A DNA stretch of 64,000 nucleotides, taken from the IMG/VR virus record IMGVR_UViG_2934470325_000001, positions 44,623 through 108,622 of that record. One strand, given 5' to 3'. The notes below the pieces were generated by a model that saw only the letters and a list, made by a program, of their open reading frames with translations, had not been told where the DNA came from and did no database searches. Position numbers and translations under genes: made by a program. The stretch comes from a virus (lineage: Duplodnaviria > Caudoviricetes). This document shows positions 35,444-44,094 of the stretch, in pieces. The first letter of the stretch is position 1. Each line of letters starts with the position of its first letter.

Positions 35444-36804
35444 TTCCCGTCCCACTGGGCCATAGACACGAAACGGTTCAGGTGCAGTTGGGCGGCGACT
35501 TCGATGCTGCCGCGAGCCCCACCACGGTTCTTCTCGACGATCAGATCGGCCTCGCCGATCCGCTTCGTCTTGTCGAACTGCTCCTCCCGGTGCACGAAGA
35601 TCACCACGTCGGCGTGGGCTTCGATGCCGCCGGACTCCTTCAAGTCGGTGAGCACAGGCCGCTTGTCGGCGCGCTGCGCGTAGTTGCGGTTCATCTGTGC
35701 GAGCAGCACCACCGGCAGGTCCAGTTCACCGGCGAGGTTCTTCGCCGACCGGGCCAGCTCGTCGATCTGCTGGTTGCGGGGTGCCCCGCTGCGGGTTTCG
35801 ATCAGCCCGACGTAGTCGATGACGACCAGGCCGAGGTCGTGCTGCTGCTTCAACCGGCGGGCACGCACCCGAATGTCGGCCATCGTGATCCCCTTGGTCT
35901 CGTCGATCCAGAGGGGGGCTTCGCCGGTGTCACCGACCATGCGTGCGATGGCCGTCCAGTCCCGGTCGTCGAGCGTCCCGTCGGCGATCTTGTCGGAGGG
36001 CACCTGCGCCTCCGCGCACACCAGCCGGTTGAACAGTTCCTGCTTCGTCATCTCCAGCGACCACACGCCGGTCGGAACCTTGTGGTGGAACGCGGCCGAC
36101 CGGACGAAATCTCCCGCGCCGAGCGTTGACTTGCCGCCGCCCGGGATGCCGGCCACCACGTACAGGCGCTGCTTCTGCAACCCGTGGATCAGCCTGTCCA
36201 GATCCGGGAGGCCGGTGGGGATGCCCGGGGGGCCGGCCCCTTCTTCGCAGGCCCGGTCGATGGCGTCGAGGGCCGGTTCGATGATGTCCTTCCACCGTTC
36301 CGGGCCGCCCTGCCCGACCACCCGCAACCCCAGGTCGGAGATCATGTTGCGGGCCCGCTCCAACAGGTCAGCGGGGGTGCCGCCGCCGCCGGAACGCATC
36401 GTCGACCGGATGTCCGCCAGCGACGTGTCCAAGTCCCGCAGCAGCGCCTTGTCGGCGACCGTACGCGCGTAGTGGACTGCCTGCGCGGTGGAGGCGATAC
36501 CCCCGACCACAGCCACCAGCTTGTGCAGGTAAAGGGCCCCATCGGGGTCCGGCAGTTGGTGCAGCTTCCCTTCGTCGGCGAGATACCCGGCGACACTGAT
36601 CGGGTCAGTCTTTCCGCCCGACTCCCGTAGGCGACTGATCGCCGAGAAGATCACCGGGTGGGCCGGCTTGTGAAACGACCGCGCAGACAGGAACGCCTCC
36701 ACCTCGCCGATGATCAGCGGGTCGAGCAGCATCGCCCCCAACACGGCCTGCTCGGCGGGGTGGTCGTAGAAGACGGTCACCTCAGCGGCGCGATCGTCGG
36801 TCAC
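35440..36804 (-). CDS. dnaB: Replicative DNA helicase
   Basis: AEQAVLGAML N-domain, Walker A GIPGGGKS, SLEM, IDYVGL, LKESGGIEAHAD, KNRGG. Confidence 0.97.
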   Translation of the reverse strand: MTDDRAAEVTVFYDHPAEQAVLGAMLLDPLIIGEVEAFLSARSFHKPAHPVIFSAISRLRESGGKTDPISVAGYLADEGKLHQLPDPDGALYLHKLVAVVGGIASTAQAVHYARTVADKALLRDLDTSLADIRSTMRSGGGGTPADLLERARNMISDLGLRVVGQGGPERWKDIIEPALDAIDRACEEGAGPPGIPTGLPDLDRLIHGLQKQRLYVVAGIPGGGKSTLGAGDFVRSAAFHHKVPTGVWSLEMTKQELFNRLVCAEAQVPSDKIADGTLDDRDWTAIARMVGDTGEAPLWIDETKGITMADIRVRARRLKQQHDLGLVVIDYVGLIETRSGAPRNQQIDELARSAKNLAGELDLPVVLLAQMNRNYAQRADKRPVLTDLKESGGIEAHADVVIFVHREEQFDKTKRIGEADLIVEKNRGGARGSIEVAAQLHLNRFVSMAQWDGK

Positions 36805-37487
36805 TGCTGGCCTTCCTCACGACGCCGGTCGGTGCCCTTCAACGCCACCTGCACGTTCGTTGACAGGCGGGACACGACCCGCTCGTCCGCGTTGGCGCGC
36901 AACGAGCCGGCGTCCAGGTTGGTGGTGGTGATCGTCGGTAACTGCCGTGCCCACCGGGTGTCCACCAGCCGATACAGGGTGTCCTCGGTCCAGTCCGACG
37001 ACTTGCCTGCGCCCAGGTCGTCGAAGACGAGCAGATCAACGGTTTGGAAGTCCTCCAACGCGCGCAGGTGTCGGTCGTCCGGCTGGGGGCGCATGGCCGC
37101 GTTGAACTCGGGGTGGCTGGTCACCGCGTAGGTGATGCGCCGGCACCTCTTGGCGCACTCCAACGCCACCCGCCGCAGCGCCCCGAACGCCTGATGCGAC
37201 TTGCCGGTGCCGACGGGGCCGAGCAGCAGCAGGCCGGGGCAGGTTTTCGGGTCGGCGAGGTAGCGGCCGATCCACTGCCGCACCTCCGGCACATCGGGTT
37301 CGGCGTGCCGGAACCGTGGCGGCAGGATCAGGTCGAGGGTGGCGTTGGCCTGGTCGGTGAGGTGGTCGGCGAGGTTGAACGGTGCCGGTGGGGGCGCGAT
37401 GGTCGGGTCGATGCCGCGTCGGGCGAGCACGTCGCGGGCGACGGCACCGAGGTCGGTGGTGCGGATGTCCACTGGCCCTCCTTTCAC
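36801..37487 (-). CDS. DnaC/IstB-like helicase loader ATPase
   Basis: GPVGTGKS, LLVFDDLG, TTN and RVVSRL motifs. Confidence 0.92.
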   Translation of the reverse strand: MKGGPVDIRTTDLGAVARDVLARRGIDPTIAPPPAPFNLADHLTDQANATLDLILPPRFRHAEPDVPEVRQWIGRYLADPKTCPGLLLLGPVGTGKSHQAFGALRRVALECAKRCRRITYAVTSHPEFNAAMRPQPDDRHLRALEDFQTVDLLVFDDLGAGKSSDWTEDTLYRLVDTRWARQLPTITTTNLDAGSLRANADERVVSRLSTNVQVALKGTDRRREEGQQ

Positions 37488-38449
37488 AGTTTCACGTCGT
37501 AGCGGTCTTGGTTTTCGTGGCTGTTGCGCAGGATGCGGGGGTTGCTGGCACGCATCCCGCCGTTGAGGCGGCCCTGCTGGTCGCGTTCTTCTTCGGCTTC
37601 CATGCGCAGCCGCAGTTGATCGAACTTCGCGCGGAGCTTGGGAATCGAGAGAACGTTTCCCCGCCAGAACGGGTTGGTCTGCGAGAAGCGGATGACCCGG
37701 CGAATGTCTTCGAGGCTGCGCCCGTCGAGGTCGATCATCCGTCGGGCTTCAGCGCGCCATTCGTCGTTGATGGTCGGCCGCTTGCACTTGTTTTTGACGA
37801 TCCATTCGGCGAGGTAGTTGCAGACTCGGTCGACGTCTTCCCGGTACGGCTCGGCCTTCTTCGGCTTCGTTGCCCGCTTCTTCGGCTTGGTCGTTGCCTC
37901 CCCGTCGAGGGGAGGGGTGAAGGTTGGGTTGGTTGTAGAACTCTCCGTAGGAGAGTTCATAAAGAGGAGGGGCACGTCTGGCGTATCGCCTAGCGGCATG
38001 CTCCCGTATCGCCTAGCGGCATGCTCCGTATCGCCTAGCGGCATGACAGGCTCGGTCACCCGTGCCGCCTGGCGATACGCTCCATCGCCGTCCATCGCTT
38101 CGCGGGGGGCGGGGATCAACGCCTCGGGGCTGTCCTTCACAGCTCGCTTGCGCGGCGCTCGACGCGCGTTCGGATCGCCCACGAAAAGCGCGTAACCCGT
38201 CTTCGACTCGCCCTCAACAATCAGCTTGCTGACCCAGCCCGCGTCAGTCAGAGCGCGCATCCATTCGACCAGCGTGGATCGGGAGGCGCTCGTAATCTGC
38301 TCCAGCTCCGTGTAGGTCGGGGCGTGTTTTGGTGGAATCTCGGCGGTGCTGGTGTCGGTCAGCGACAGCAGCAGCATGAGGATGCCCTTGCCGGTGATGT
38401 CGATGCGCGACGCCCTCACGGCCTTCTCCACCTCCCACCGTGTGGTCAC
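37484..38449 (-). CDS. Replication initiator (lambda O-like)
   Basis: GTG at 38449 with AGGAGG; N-terminal winged helix; C-terminal FWRGNVLSIPKLRAKFDQL; carries iterons. Confidence 0.88.
   Translation of the reverse strand: MTTRWEVEKAVRASRIDITGKGILMLLLSLTDTSTAEIPPKHAPTYTELEQITSASRSTLVEWMRALTDAGWVSKLIVEGESKTGYALFVGDPNARRAPRKRAVKDSPEALIPAPREAMDGDGAYRQAARVTEPVMPLGDTEHAARRYGSMPLGDTPDVPLLFMNSPTESSTTNPTFTPPLDGEATTKPKKRATKPKKAEPYREDVDRVCNYLAEWIVKNKCKRPTINDEWRAEARRMIDLDGRSLEDIRRVIRFSQTNPFWRGNVLSIPKLRAKFDQLRLRMEAEEERDQQGRLNGGMRASNPRILRNSHENQDRYDVKL
37938..38079. repeat. Iterons / replication origin inside the initiator gene
   Basis: CGTATCGCCTAGCGGCATG at 37982, 38005 and 38027; degenerate inverted copy at 38061-38079; palindrome GAACTCTCC-GTA-GGAGAGTTC at 37938-37958. 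Confidence 0.85.
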
Positions 38450-38482
38450 AGGGGTGCCTCCTGGTTGCCTCGCGTTCGGTGC

Positions 38483-38497
38483 TGTACACACTGTACA
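38483..38497. promoter_or_regulatory. Tandem TGTACA palindromes (candidate operator) between divergent genes
   Basis: TGTACA-CAC-TGTACA in the 74-bp gap; overlaps a leftward TACAGT -10-like element. Confidence 0.6.
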
Positions 38498-38523
38498 CTC
38501 TGAGCAGAAGTTACCGTAAGGGC

Positions 38524-38748
38524 ATGCAGGGGAGCGAGCGCATGGGAATCGTGGAGTTCCGAGAGAAGGTCGGGAAGCGGGTGGACGCTGCCCACTACCT
38601 GGAAGAAGTCACGTTCGTGACCAAGGGCAAGCCGGGTGAGCTGCGTGCCGTGCTGATCCCGCCGAAGTACTACGAGGCGTTGGAGCGGGCCCTTGCTGAG
38701 CAGGGGATCACCCTCCCGAGCGCCACCATGCAGGTAGGCGACGAGTGA
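38524..38748 (+). CDS. Orphan Phd/YefM-like DNA-binding protein
   Basis: MGIVEFREKVGKRVD..FVTKGKP..AVLIPPKYYEAL fits the Phd pattern; TACCGT-N6-ATG suggests a leaderless transcript. Confidence 0.8.
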   Translation: MQGSERMGIVEFREKVGKRVDAAHYLEEVTFVTKGKPGELRAVLIPPKYYEALERALAEQGITLPSATMQVGDE

Positions 38749-38816
38749 GCCCGTAGCCATCGCCGAACCGCCGAGCCCGTCGCCCCCGCAGCGTCGGGCT
38801 TTCGTGCTGCCCGCCC

Positions 38817-38999
38817 TCACCGCACACCCCCGCGCCGCTTCACCACAGTCCGGTTGTGCCAATGCCCCGCACACAGGTACGGCTCCAACCGGTCGAAGTC
38901 GTGGCGCAGGTTGCCGACCTTCCCGGCAGCCAGGGCAGCGGCGATGCGGTCCCGGTAGCGGATCTTCCGGGGTGTCGGGCACACCCGAGGGGCGCTCAC
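38817..38999 (-). CDS. Small basic Cys/His protein
   Basis: CPTPRKIRY..PYLCAGHWH; GTGA-coupled. Confidence 0.65.
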   Translation of the reverse strand: MSAPRVCPTPRKIRYRDRIAAALAAGKVGNLRHDFDRLEPYLCAGHWHNRTVVKRRGGVR

Positions 39000-39640
39000 G
39001 CCGCCACCCGCTTCGACCGTCCCCGCGCTGTGCCGTTGCGGCGACGAACCGCCTGCATGATCCGGTGTCCCTCCGTGCGGCTGCCGGCCCGCTCGTTCAA
39101 CCACACCCGCGACGGGGTTTCACCCTCATGCCACAGGCGGAAAAATCGGCGGCGCACCTCTTTCATGCGGGAGGTGACCGTCCGGTAGGGGACACCAAGA
39201 AGGTTGGCGGCGGCTTGAGGGCTGCGCCCGGCGGCCATCGCAGCCACGGTCGCCTGCTGCCGTGCGGTGAGGGCGGCGAGGATCTGTCGGGTGGCGTGCC
39301 GTTCCACCACGGACGTTTCGGGGCTTGGTGTGGTGCGGGCCGCCCACTGCCAGTACATGACGTAGCGGGGTGTCTGCGAGTGCTGTCCGATGTTCCGGTC
39401 GGGAAGCCCGTGGGAGCGTCGGATGGCTGCTTCTTCGCGGAGGATGGCGCTGCGGCCGGCGGTGACAAGGTCGTGGCGGGCGGGCGGGTTGGTGGTCGTG
39501 TAGAGGTGTTCGGCGATGGCGGACCAGGCGGTGTCGTAGCGTTCGTGGAAGTCGGCGGCGCGGGCTCCGACGCCGAGGGCTGCGTCTCGGGCTGCCGTGT
39601 TGATGTCGGCGAGGGTCCAGCCGTGGCGGAGGGCGGTCAT
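38996..39640 (-). CDS. ECF sigma-factor-like protein
   Basis: SPETSVVER..LAALTARQQ..AAANLLGVPYRTVTSRMKEVRRRF (sigma4-like HTH). Confidence 0.7.
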   Translation of the reverse strand: MTALRHGWTLADINTAARDAALGVGARAADFHERYDTAWSAIAEHLYTTTNPPARHDLVTAGRSAILREEAAIRRSHGLPDRNIGQHSQTPRYVMYWQWAARTTPSPETSVVERHATRQILAALTARQQATVAAMAAGRSPQAAANLLGVPYRTVTSRMKEVRRRFFRLWHEGETPSRVWLNERAGSRTEGHRIMQAVRRRNGTARGRSKRVAA

Positions 39641-40755
39641 GCTGCGATCCCGTCGAACAGGTCGAGCTGCTGCGGGGCGGCGAGGCAGAGCGCGGCCGGC
39701 GAGGCGGCTGTGGGCCGGGTGTGGTCCCAGTCGTCACCGGTGAAACTGGCCCCGGGCAGGTCGGCGAGGTGCGGGTGGGTGCTGGCGTAGGTGGCGCGGT
39801 CGACCTTGCCGAGGAGCAGACTGTCGGCCACCCCGACGCGGGGGATCAGGTCGCGGGGAATCGTGTCCAACCGCAGCGGGCCGGTGGCGTAGCCGGCTTG
39901 GTGGGCGAGATGGGCGGCATAGACGGTGCAGCGGAGGCGTGCGACGGCGGCGGTGAGCGGGTCGATCTCGATGCCGTCCACGGACGCGACGACCCGGGGT
40001 AGGGCGTGCTGCGGGTCGATGCGGGTGCCGCCGGTCGCGGCCGGGCCCCCGACGGCTTGCCGGGGCCGGAGGGTGCCGGTGGTGTACCACTCCCACAGGT
40101 AGTCCATGGCGCGGATGAGCATGTGGCCGGTGCCGGCGGTGGGGTCGATGGTGCGGATCAACCGCTGGGTGCGGAACTCGGCGCAGGCGGGGATGAGGGT
40201 CCGGTCGAGCAGGAAGTCGCAGATCCACCACGGCGTCTGGGCGAGCGCGAACCCTTTGCGCCGCTCGTCGGTGATCGTCTGAAGGAGGTCGCCGATGAGC
40301 CAGCCGCTGATCGACGGCGGCTCGGCTGTCACCTCGTAGGCGAGGCTGGGTGCGTCGGCGGCCCACCAGTCGGCGAGTGCCTGCACCGCGTCATCTGACG
40401 GTGTGCCCTCGTGGAGGTCCGTGTTGTAGGCGGGGTGCATCAGCCACTGGGTGGCCGGGTGCACGGTGAGGTTGCCCATGGCCTGGGCGAGGGCGACGAC
40501 GGGCCGGGCGGTGCCGGTGGTGTAGCGGGCGGGCACATCGCGCAGGCCGGCGTGGAGGGTCACGTCGATCAGGTGGTGGTCTTCGGCCCAGGCGACGATC
40601 GCGGACAGGTACACCCAGGCGGCGGCGATGCGCTGCCGGCGCTGGTGCCCGTCGTGGGTTCGAGGGCCGGGAATGCTGTCGGCGAGCCGGTCGGTGTGGC
40701 GGTGCAGCGCCTTGACGAGGGGGTTGACGAAGGTGCGGTCGTCGACTGGGTTCAT
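39637..40755 (-). CDS. Truncated BREX-2 PglX-like methyltransferase homolog (SAM-binding half only)
   Basis: AAAWV..AEDHHLI, IGDLLQ..RKGFALAQTP..FLLDRTL, IDPTAGTGH, GIEIDPLTAAVARLR, VADSL; no NPPY; ends QLDLF. Confidence 0.8.
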   Translation of the reverse strand: MNPVDDRTFVNPLVKALHRHTDRLADSIPGPRTHDGHQRRQRIAAAWVYLSAIVAWAEDHHLIDVTLHAGLRDVPARYTTGTARPVVALAQAMGNLTVHPATQWLMHPAYNTDLHEGTPSDDAVQALADWWAADAPSLAYEVTAEPPSISGWLIGDLLQTITDERRKGFALAQTPWWICDFLLDRTLIPACAEFRTQRLIRTIDPTAGTGHMLIRAMDYLWEWYTTGTLRPRQAVGGPAATGGTRIDPQHALPRVVASVDGIEIDPLTAAVARLRCTVYAAHLAHQAGYATGPLRLDTIPRDLIPRVGVADSLLLGKVDRATYASTHPHLADLPGASFTGDDWDHTRPTAASPAALCLAAPQQLDLFDGIAA

Positions 40756-40782
40756 GGTGACCTCCGTCGGTGTAAGGGGTGG

Positions 40783-40816
40783 GGGTGCGGTCCGTCCACG
40801 ACGGCGGACCGCACCC
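40783..40816 (-). terminator. Hairpin upstream of the PglX-like gene
   Basis: GGGTGCGGTCCGTC-N6-GGCGGACCGCACCC. Confidence 0.6.
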
Positions 40817-40825
40817 GTGACAAAG

Positions 40826-41671
40826 TCAGGCTGCGAGGCTGTAGGTGGGTAGCGGCCGGTGTGCCAGCTCGTTGACGTAGCTGCCGGACATGCGTAGGGC
40901 GCGTTGGATGGCGGCGAGGGTCATGCCGGCCTGCTGGCCCCGGTGTACGGCGTGGTGCCGCTCCAGGCGCGTCAGGTTGGCTGGCTCGCCGCTGAGGGCT
41001 CGGCGGATGGCCTCCCAGTCGACGATCCGGGCATCGCCGGCCGGGTCCGCGTCGTAGGGGGTGCCGTCTGGGTCGTCGAGGGCGGCGTCGTCCCACGCGA
41101 GAGGCGGTGCCCACCCGTTGCGGCGGCCGGTGTTGCGGGCACGCACGTTGGTACCGGGGGTGAGGGACCACCGGTCGTACAGGTCGCAGACGGCACGATG
41201 CGTGTCGACGGTGACCATCTGCTGCTTCGCCCACGCCCACTCCCACACTGCCTGGAGTTGCTTGTCGAGTCCCCGGGCGACGGCGGTGAGGCTGTAGCCG
41301 GCGGCCACCAACGCGCGGATGCGGCGGGTGACGCCGACTGCGTGGACCATGCCGGCGGGCAGGGTGGCGGCAGGCTGCACGGCGAGAACGAGAGCAGCAG
41401 TGGTGGCGCGGATGGTCTTGCGGCGTTCGTGAACGACCGAGTAGAGGGTGCGGGGAGCAACCCCGGCGGCTCTCGCGACAGACGCGAGGGACATGCCGCT
41501 GTCGCGGAGCTGTTCGACGTGGGTGAGCACGTTCCCGACGGGTACCGGGTGCTGCCATTTGCCTTCGGCGATGAGGCGGCGTCGCCGCCGGTCGTAGTGG
41601 GAGTCGACGCGTTGGCAGCCTCGGCAGCCGGCGGTGTAGGTGCGGTGCTGTCCGCAGTTGAAGCCGGCCAT
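40826..41671 (-). CDS. Multi-HTH DNA-binding protein
   Basis: GCRGCQ N-terminus, several HTH units, RRIRALVAAGY and GWAPPLAWDD motifs common in actinophages. Confidence 0.8.
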   Translation of the reverse strand: MAGFNCGQHRTYTAGCRGCQRVDSHYDRRRRRLIAEGKWQHPVPVGNVLTHVEQLRDSGMSLASVARAAGVAPRTLYSVVHERRKTIRATTAALVLAVQPAATLPAGMVHAVGVTRRIRALVAAGYSLTAVARGLDKQLQAVWEWAWAKQQMVTVDTHRAVCDLYDRWSLTPGTNVRARNTGRRNGWAPPLAWDDAALDDPDGTPYDADPAGDARIVDWEAIRRALSGEPANLTRLERHHAVHRGQQAGMTLAAIQRALRMSGSYVNELAHRPLPTYSLAA

Positions 41672-42810
41672 CAGCGGGAGACCCGGATCGGCATGATGAG
41701 GTACCGGTAGCCGGGGACGGGCTGCCCGTCGTCTCCGGCGGGGGTGATGACGGCCGGCTTGAACGCGTTCGTGGACGCGAAGTGGGCGTCACGGCTGCCG
41801 AGCTGCTGGAGTCCTTCGGTGAGGTACTGCGGGTTGAAGCCGATGGTGAGCGGGTCACCGGTGAACGTGGCCTCCATGGCCTCGGAGGCGCGGGCGTCTT
41901 CGGTGCCGCCAGCTTCCACGATGAGGCTGTCCGGGCTGAACGACAGCAGCACGGGGGTGGCGCGGTCGGCGACGAGGGCCACCCGCTTCACGACCTCAAC
42001 CAGTGCGGCGACGGGGACGACTGCGGTGGCGGCGACCGCCTCCGGCTTCGGGAACAGCGACCGGACGGGCGGGTAGTTGGCCCCGTCGAGCAGCCGGGAG
42101 GTGGTGCGGCGGCCGTCCCGGGCGAAGCCGATCATCCCTTCGCCGGCGTTCTCCTGCGCCAACGCGATCGTGACCTCACCGCCAAGCGGGCCGAGGGCCT
42201 TCGCCGTGTCATGGAGGGTGCGCGCGGGGACGAGGGCGTTGATGTTCACGTCGGGGTTGTCCGGCGTCCACCGCATCTCCCGCACGGCCAGCCGGTACCG
42301 GTCGGTGGCGAGCAGCGCCATCGTGTTGCCGGCGAGTTCGACGCGGACGCCGGTCATCATCGGCAGCGTCTCGTCCCGGCCGGCGGCCACGGCGACCTGG
42401 GCGACGGCGGTAGCGAACGCGGCGGCGTCCACCGTCCCCGCCGGTGCCGGCATCGCCGGTAGCGCCGGGTAGTCCTCCACCGGCATCGTCGGCAGGGTGA
42501 ACCGGGCCGAGCCGCACACCAACTCCAGGTGCGCGCCGACGCTGGCGAGGCTTACCGGCTTGTGCGGTAGCGCCTTGGTGATCTCGGCGAGCAGCCGGCC
42601 CGACACGAGCACGCCGCCGGGGTCGGTGACGGTGCCGCGAACGTGCACCTCGGTCGACACCTCGTAGTCGAACGAGCTGACAGTCACCCCGTTGTCGTCG
42701 GCGATCAGTCGTACCCCGGCGAGGACGGGCACGGACGGGCGGTTCGGTAGGGCCTTCGCGGCGTCGTGAACGGCGTCGGCGAACGCGCCGCGCTCAACGG
42801 TCAGCTTCAC
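41671..42810 (-). CDS. dnaN: DNA polymerase III beta sliding clamp (phage-borne)
   Basis: RPSVPVLAGV, FDYEVS, ATDRYRL, GFNPQYL, YLIMPIR; full length. Confidence 0.97.
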   Translation of the reverse strand: MKLTVERGAFADAVHDAAKALPNRPSVPVLAGVRLIADDNGVTVSSFDYEVSTEVHVRGTVTDPGGVLVSGRLLAEITKALPHKPVSLASVGAHLELVCGSARFTLPTMPVEDYPALPAMPAPAGTVDAAAFATAVAQVAVAAGRDETLPMMTGVRVELAGNTMALLATDRYRLAVREMRWTPDNPDVNINALVPARTLHDTAKALGPLGGEVTIALAQENAGEGMIGFARDGRRTTSRLLDGANYPPVRSLFPKPEAVAATAVVPVAALVEVVKRVALVADRATPVLLSFSPDSLIVEAGGTEDARASEAMEATFTGDPLTIGFNPQYLTEGLQQLGSRDAHFASTNAFKPAVITPAGDDGQPVPGYRYLIMPIRVSR

Positions 42811-43427
42811 GGGGCGACTCCTTCGCTAGTGGTGGTCGGGGTGGTGGGCCAGGTGCGCCAGCCGATGTGGCTGCGGGATGCGACAGGGCCTCGCGGCTGC
42901 TGCTGGTAGTGGGACGCCAACCCATCCGACCCGTACGGGCGACTGGAGGCGCTGGTGAGCTGGAACAGGCAAAGCTGACCGATGCGCATGCCCGGGTGCA
43001 GCAGGATCGGCCGGGGAGCGTGGTTGACCAGCTCCAACGTGATGTGCCCGGAGAAGCCGGGATCGATGAAACCGGCCGTGATGTGTGTTGCCAGCCCGAG
43101 ACGGCCCATGCTGCTGCGGCCTTCCACGCGGGCGGCGAGGGTGGCGTCGAGGGTGATGTGCTCGACGGTGGAAGCCAGCACCATCTGGCCAGGCGCGATG
43201 AGCGCTCCCCTGTCGCTGATCTCGACGGGCATCATCGGGTTCTCGGCGGCCGGGTCGATGTAGTCGTCGACATACCAGATGTCGGGGTGACGCTCTGGCC
43301 ACATCAGCAGGTGCTGGTCGAGTCGCACGTCAATGGATGACGGCTGGATCAGGGACGGCTCGTGTGGGGTGATGCGGAGCCGGCCGGAGTCGATGGCGCT
43401 GGCAATGTCGGTGTCGGAGAGCAGCAT
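42807..43427 (-). CDS. dcd: dCTP deaminase
   Basis: MLLSDTDI, QPSSIDVRL, EGRSSMGRLGL..HITAGFIDPGFSGHITLEL. Confidence 0.95.
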   Translation of the reverse strand: MLLSDTDIASAIDSGRLRITPHEPSLIQPSSIDVRLDQHLLMWPERHPDIWYVDDYIDPAAENPMMPVEISDRGALIAPGQMVLASTVEHITLDATLAARVEGRSSMGRLGLATHITAGFIDPGFSGHITLELVNHAPRPILLHPGMRIGQLCLFQLTSASSRPYGSDGLASHYQQQPRGPVASRSHIGWRTWPTTPTTTSEGVAP

Positions 43428-43561
43428 CACGACTCCTCCGATCTGGTGGGGGTGGGCGTCTCGCTGGAGTCGCAGACGGGGCAGGTCTGCCCGTGGGCGG
43501 CGTGCCGGCGGCGGGCACTGTCGGTGCCGCACGGCAGGACGGCGTTGGGGTGCAGGCTCAC
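43427..43561 (-). CDS. 44-aa Cys/His peptide (not in the ORF track)
   Basis: VSLHPNAVLPCGTDSARRRHAAHGQTCPVC..; overlaps both neighbours (GTGA/TGATG). Confidence 0.6.
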   Translation of the reverse strand: MSLHPNAVLPCGTDSARRRHAAHGQTCPVCDSSETPTPTRSEES

Positions 43562-44094
43562 GCGGCCACCGCCCCAACCGGTCGAAGGCTCTCCACCCCG
43601 AGCCACAACCAGCCGCCCAACGGCCGGCAGTACCGCTGCACCGACCCGAACAACGGCACATGCGGGCTGCGCTCAAACTCACCCAGCGCGTTCTCCGTCG
43701 TGCCCAGCAGCCGGGCGAGGCTGGCCTGTGTGTGTCCGCACGCCCGGCGTGCCGTCACCAGACCGGACATGAGGTGCTGCTGGTCCCAGACGGACGCCGC
43801 CGTGAACTCGGCGGGACGGAAGGCGAGCATCGCCGGGTCGTCGTACGGTCCGCCGGGTACACCGTCAGGGAACATGACGATGCGTAGCCCGAGGTGGTGG
43901 GCAATGCGTCGGGCCGGGTTGATGCGCTGAAACTCGCCCAGCTCGTAGCGAGCTACAGCGGTTTGGGTGCATCCGAGGATCGCGGCGAGTGACGCTTGGC
44001 TGTGCCCTGCCTCCTTTCGGGCTGTGATGAGGAGTGCCCGTAGGGCGAGGCGTGCTTCCCGGTCGTCGGGGTGCAGGTCGGTGGGGGCGCGCAT
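43558..44094 (-). CDS. Tandem XRE-HTH regulator
   Basis: Two copies of ARxxxGHxQASLAxxLGxTxxA. Confidence 0.85.
   Translation of the reverse strand: MRAPTDLHPDDREARLALRALLITARKEAGHSQASLAAILGCTQTAVARYELGEFQRINPARRIAHHLGLRIVMFPDGVPGGPYDDPAMLAFRPAEFTAASVWDQQHLMSGLVTARRACGHTQASLARLLGTTENALGEFERSPHVPLFGSVQRYCRPLGGWLWLGVESLRPVGAVAA

Noticed and set aside
37982-38079. Short direct repeats as a CRISPR array
   Set aside because: Spacers are only 3-4 bp, the repeats lie inside the initiator CDS, and there is no cas operon. They fit iterons
38524-38999. Complete type II toxin-antitoxin pair
   Set aside because: No co-oriented toxin ORF follows the Phd-like gene; the next gene is convergent
39637-40755. 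PglX-like ORF as a frameshifted pseudogene or a working BREX locus
   Set aside because: I saw no NPPY-containing continuation downstream, the stop overlaps the next start, and no other brx/pgl genes are present
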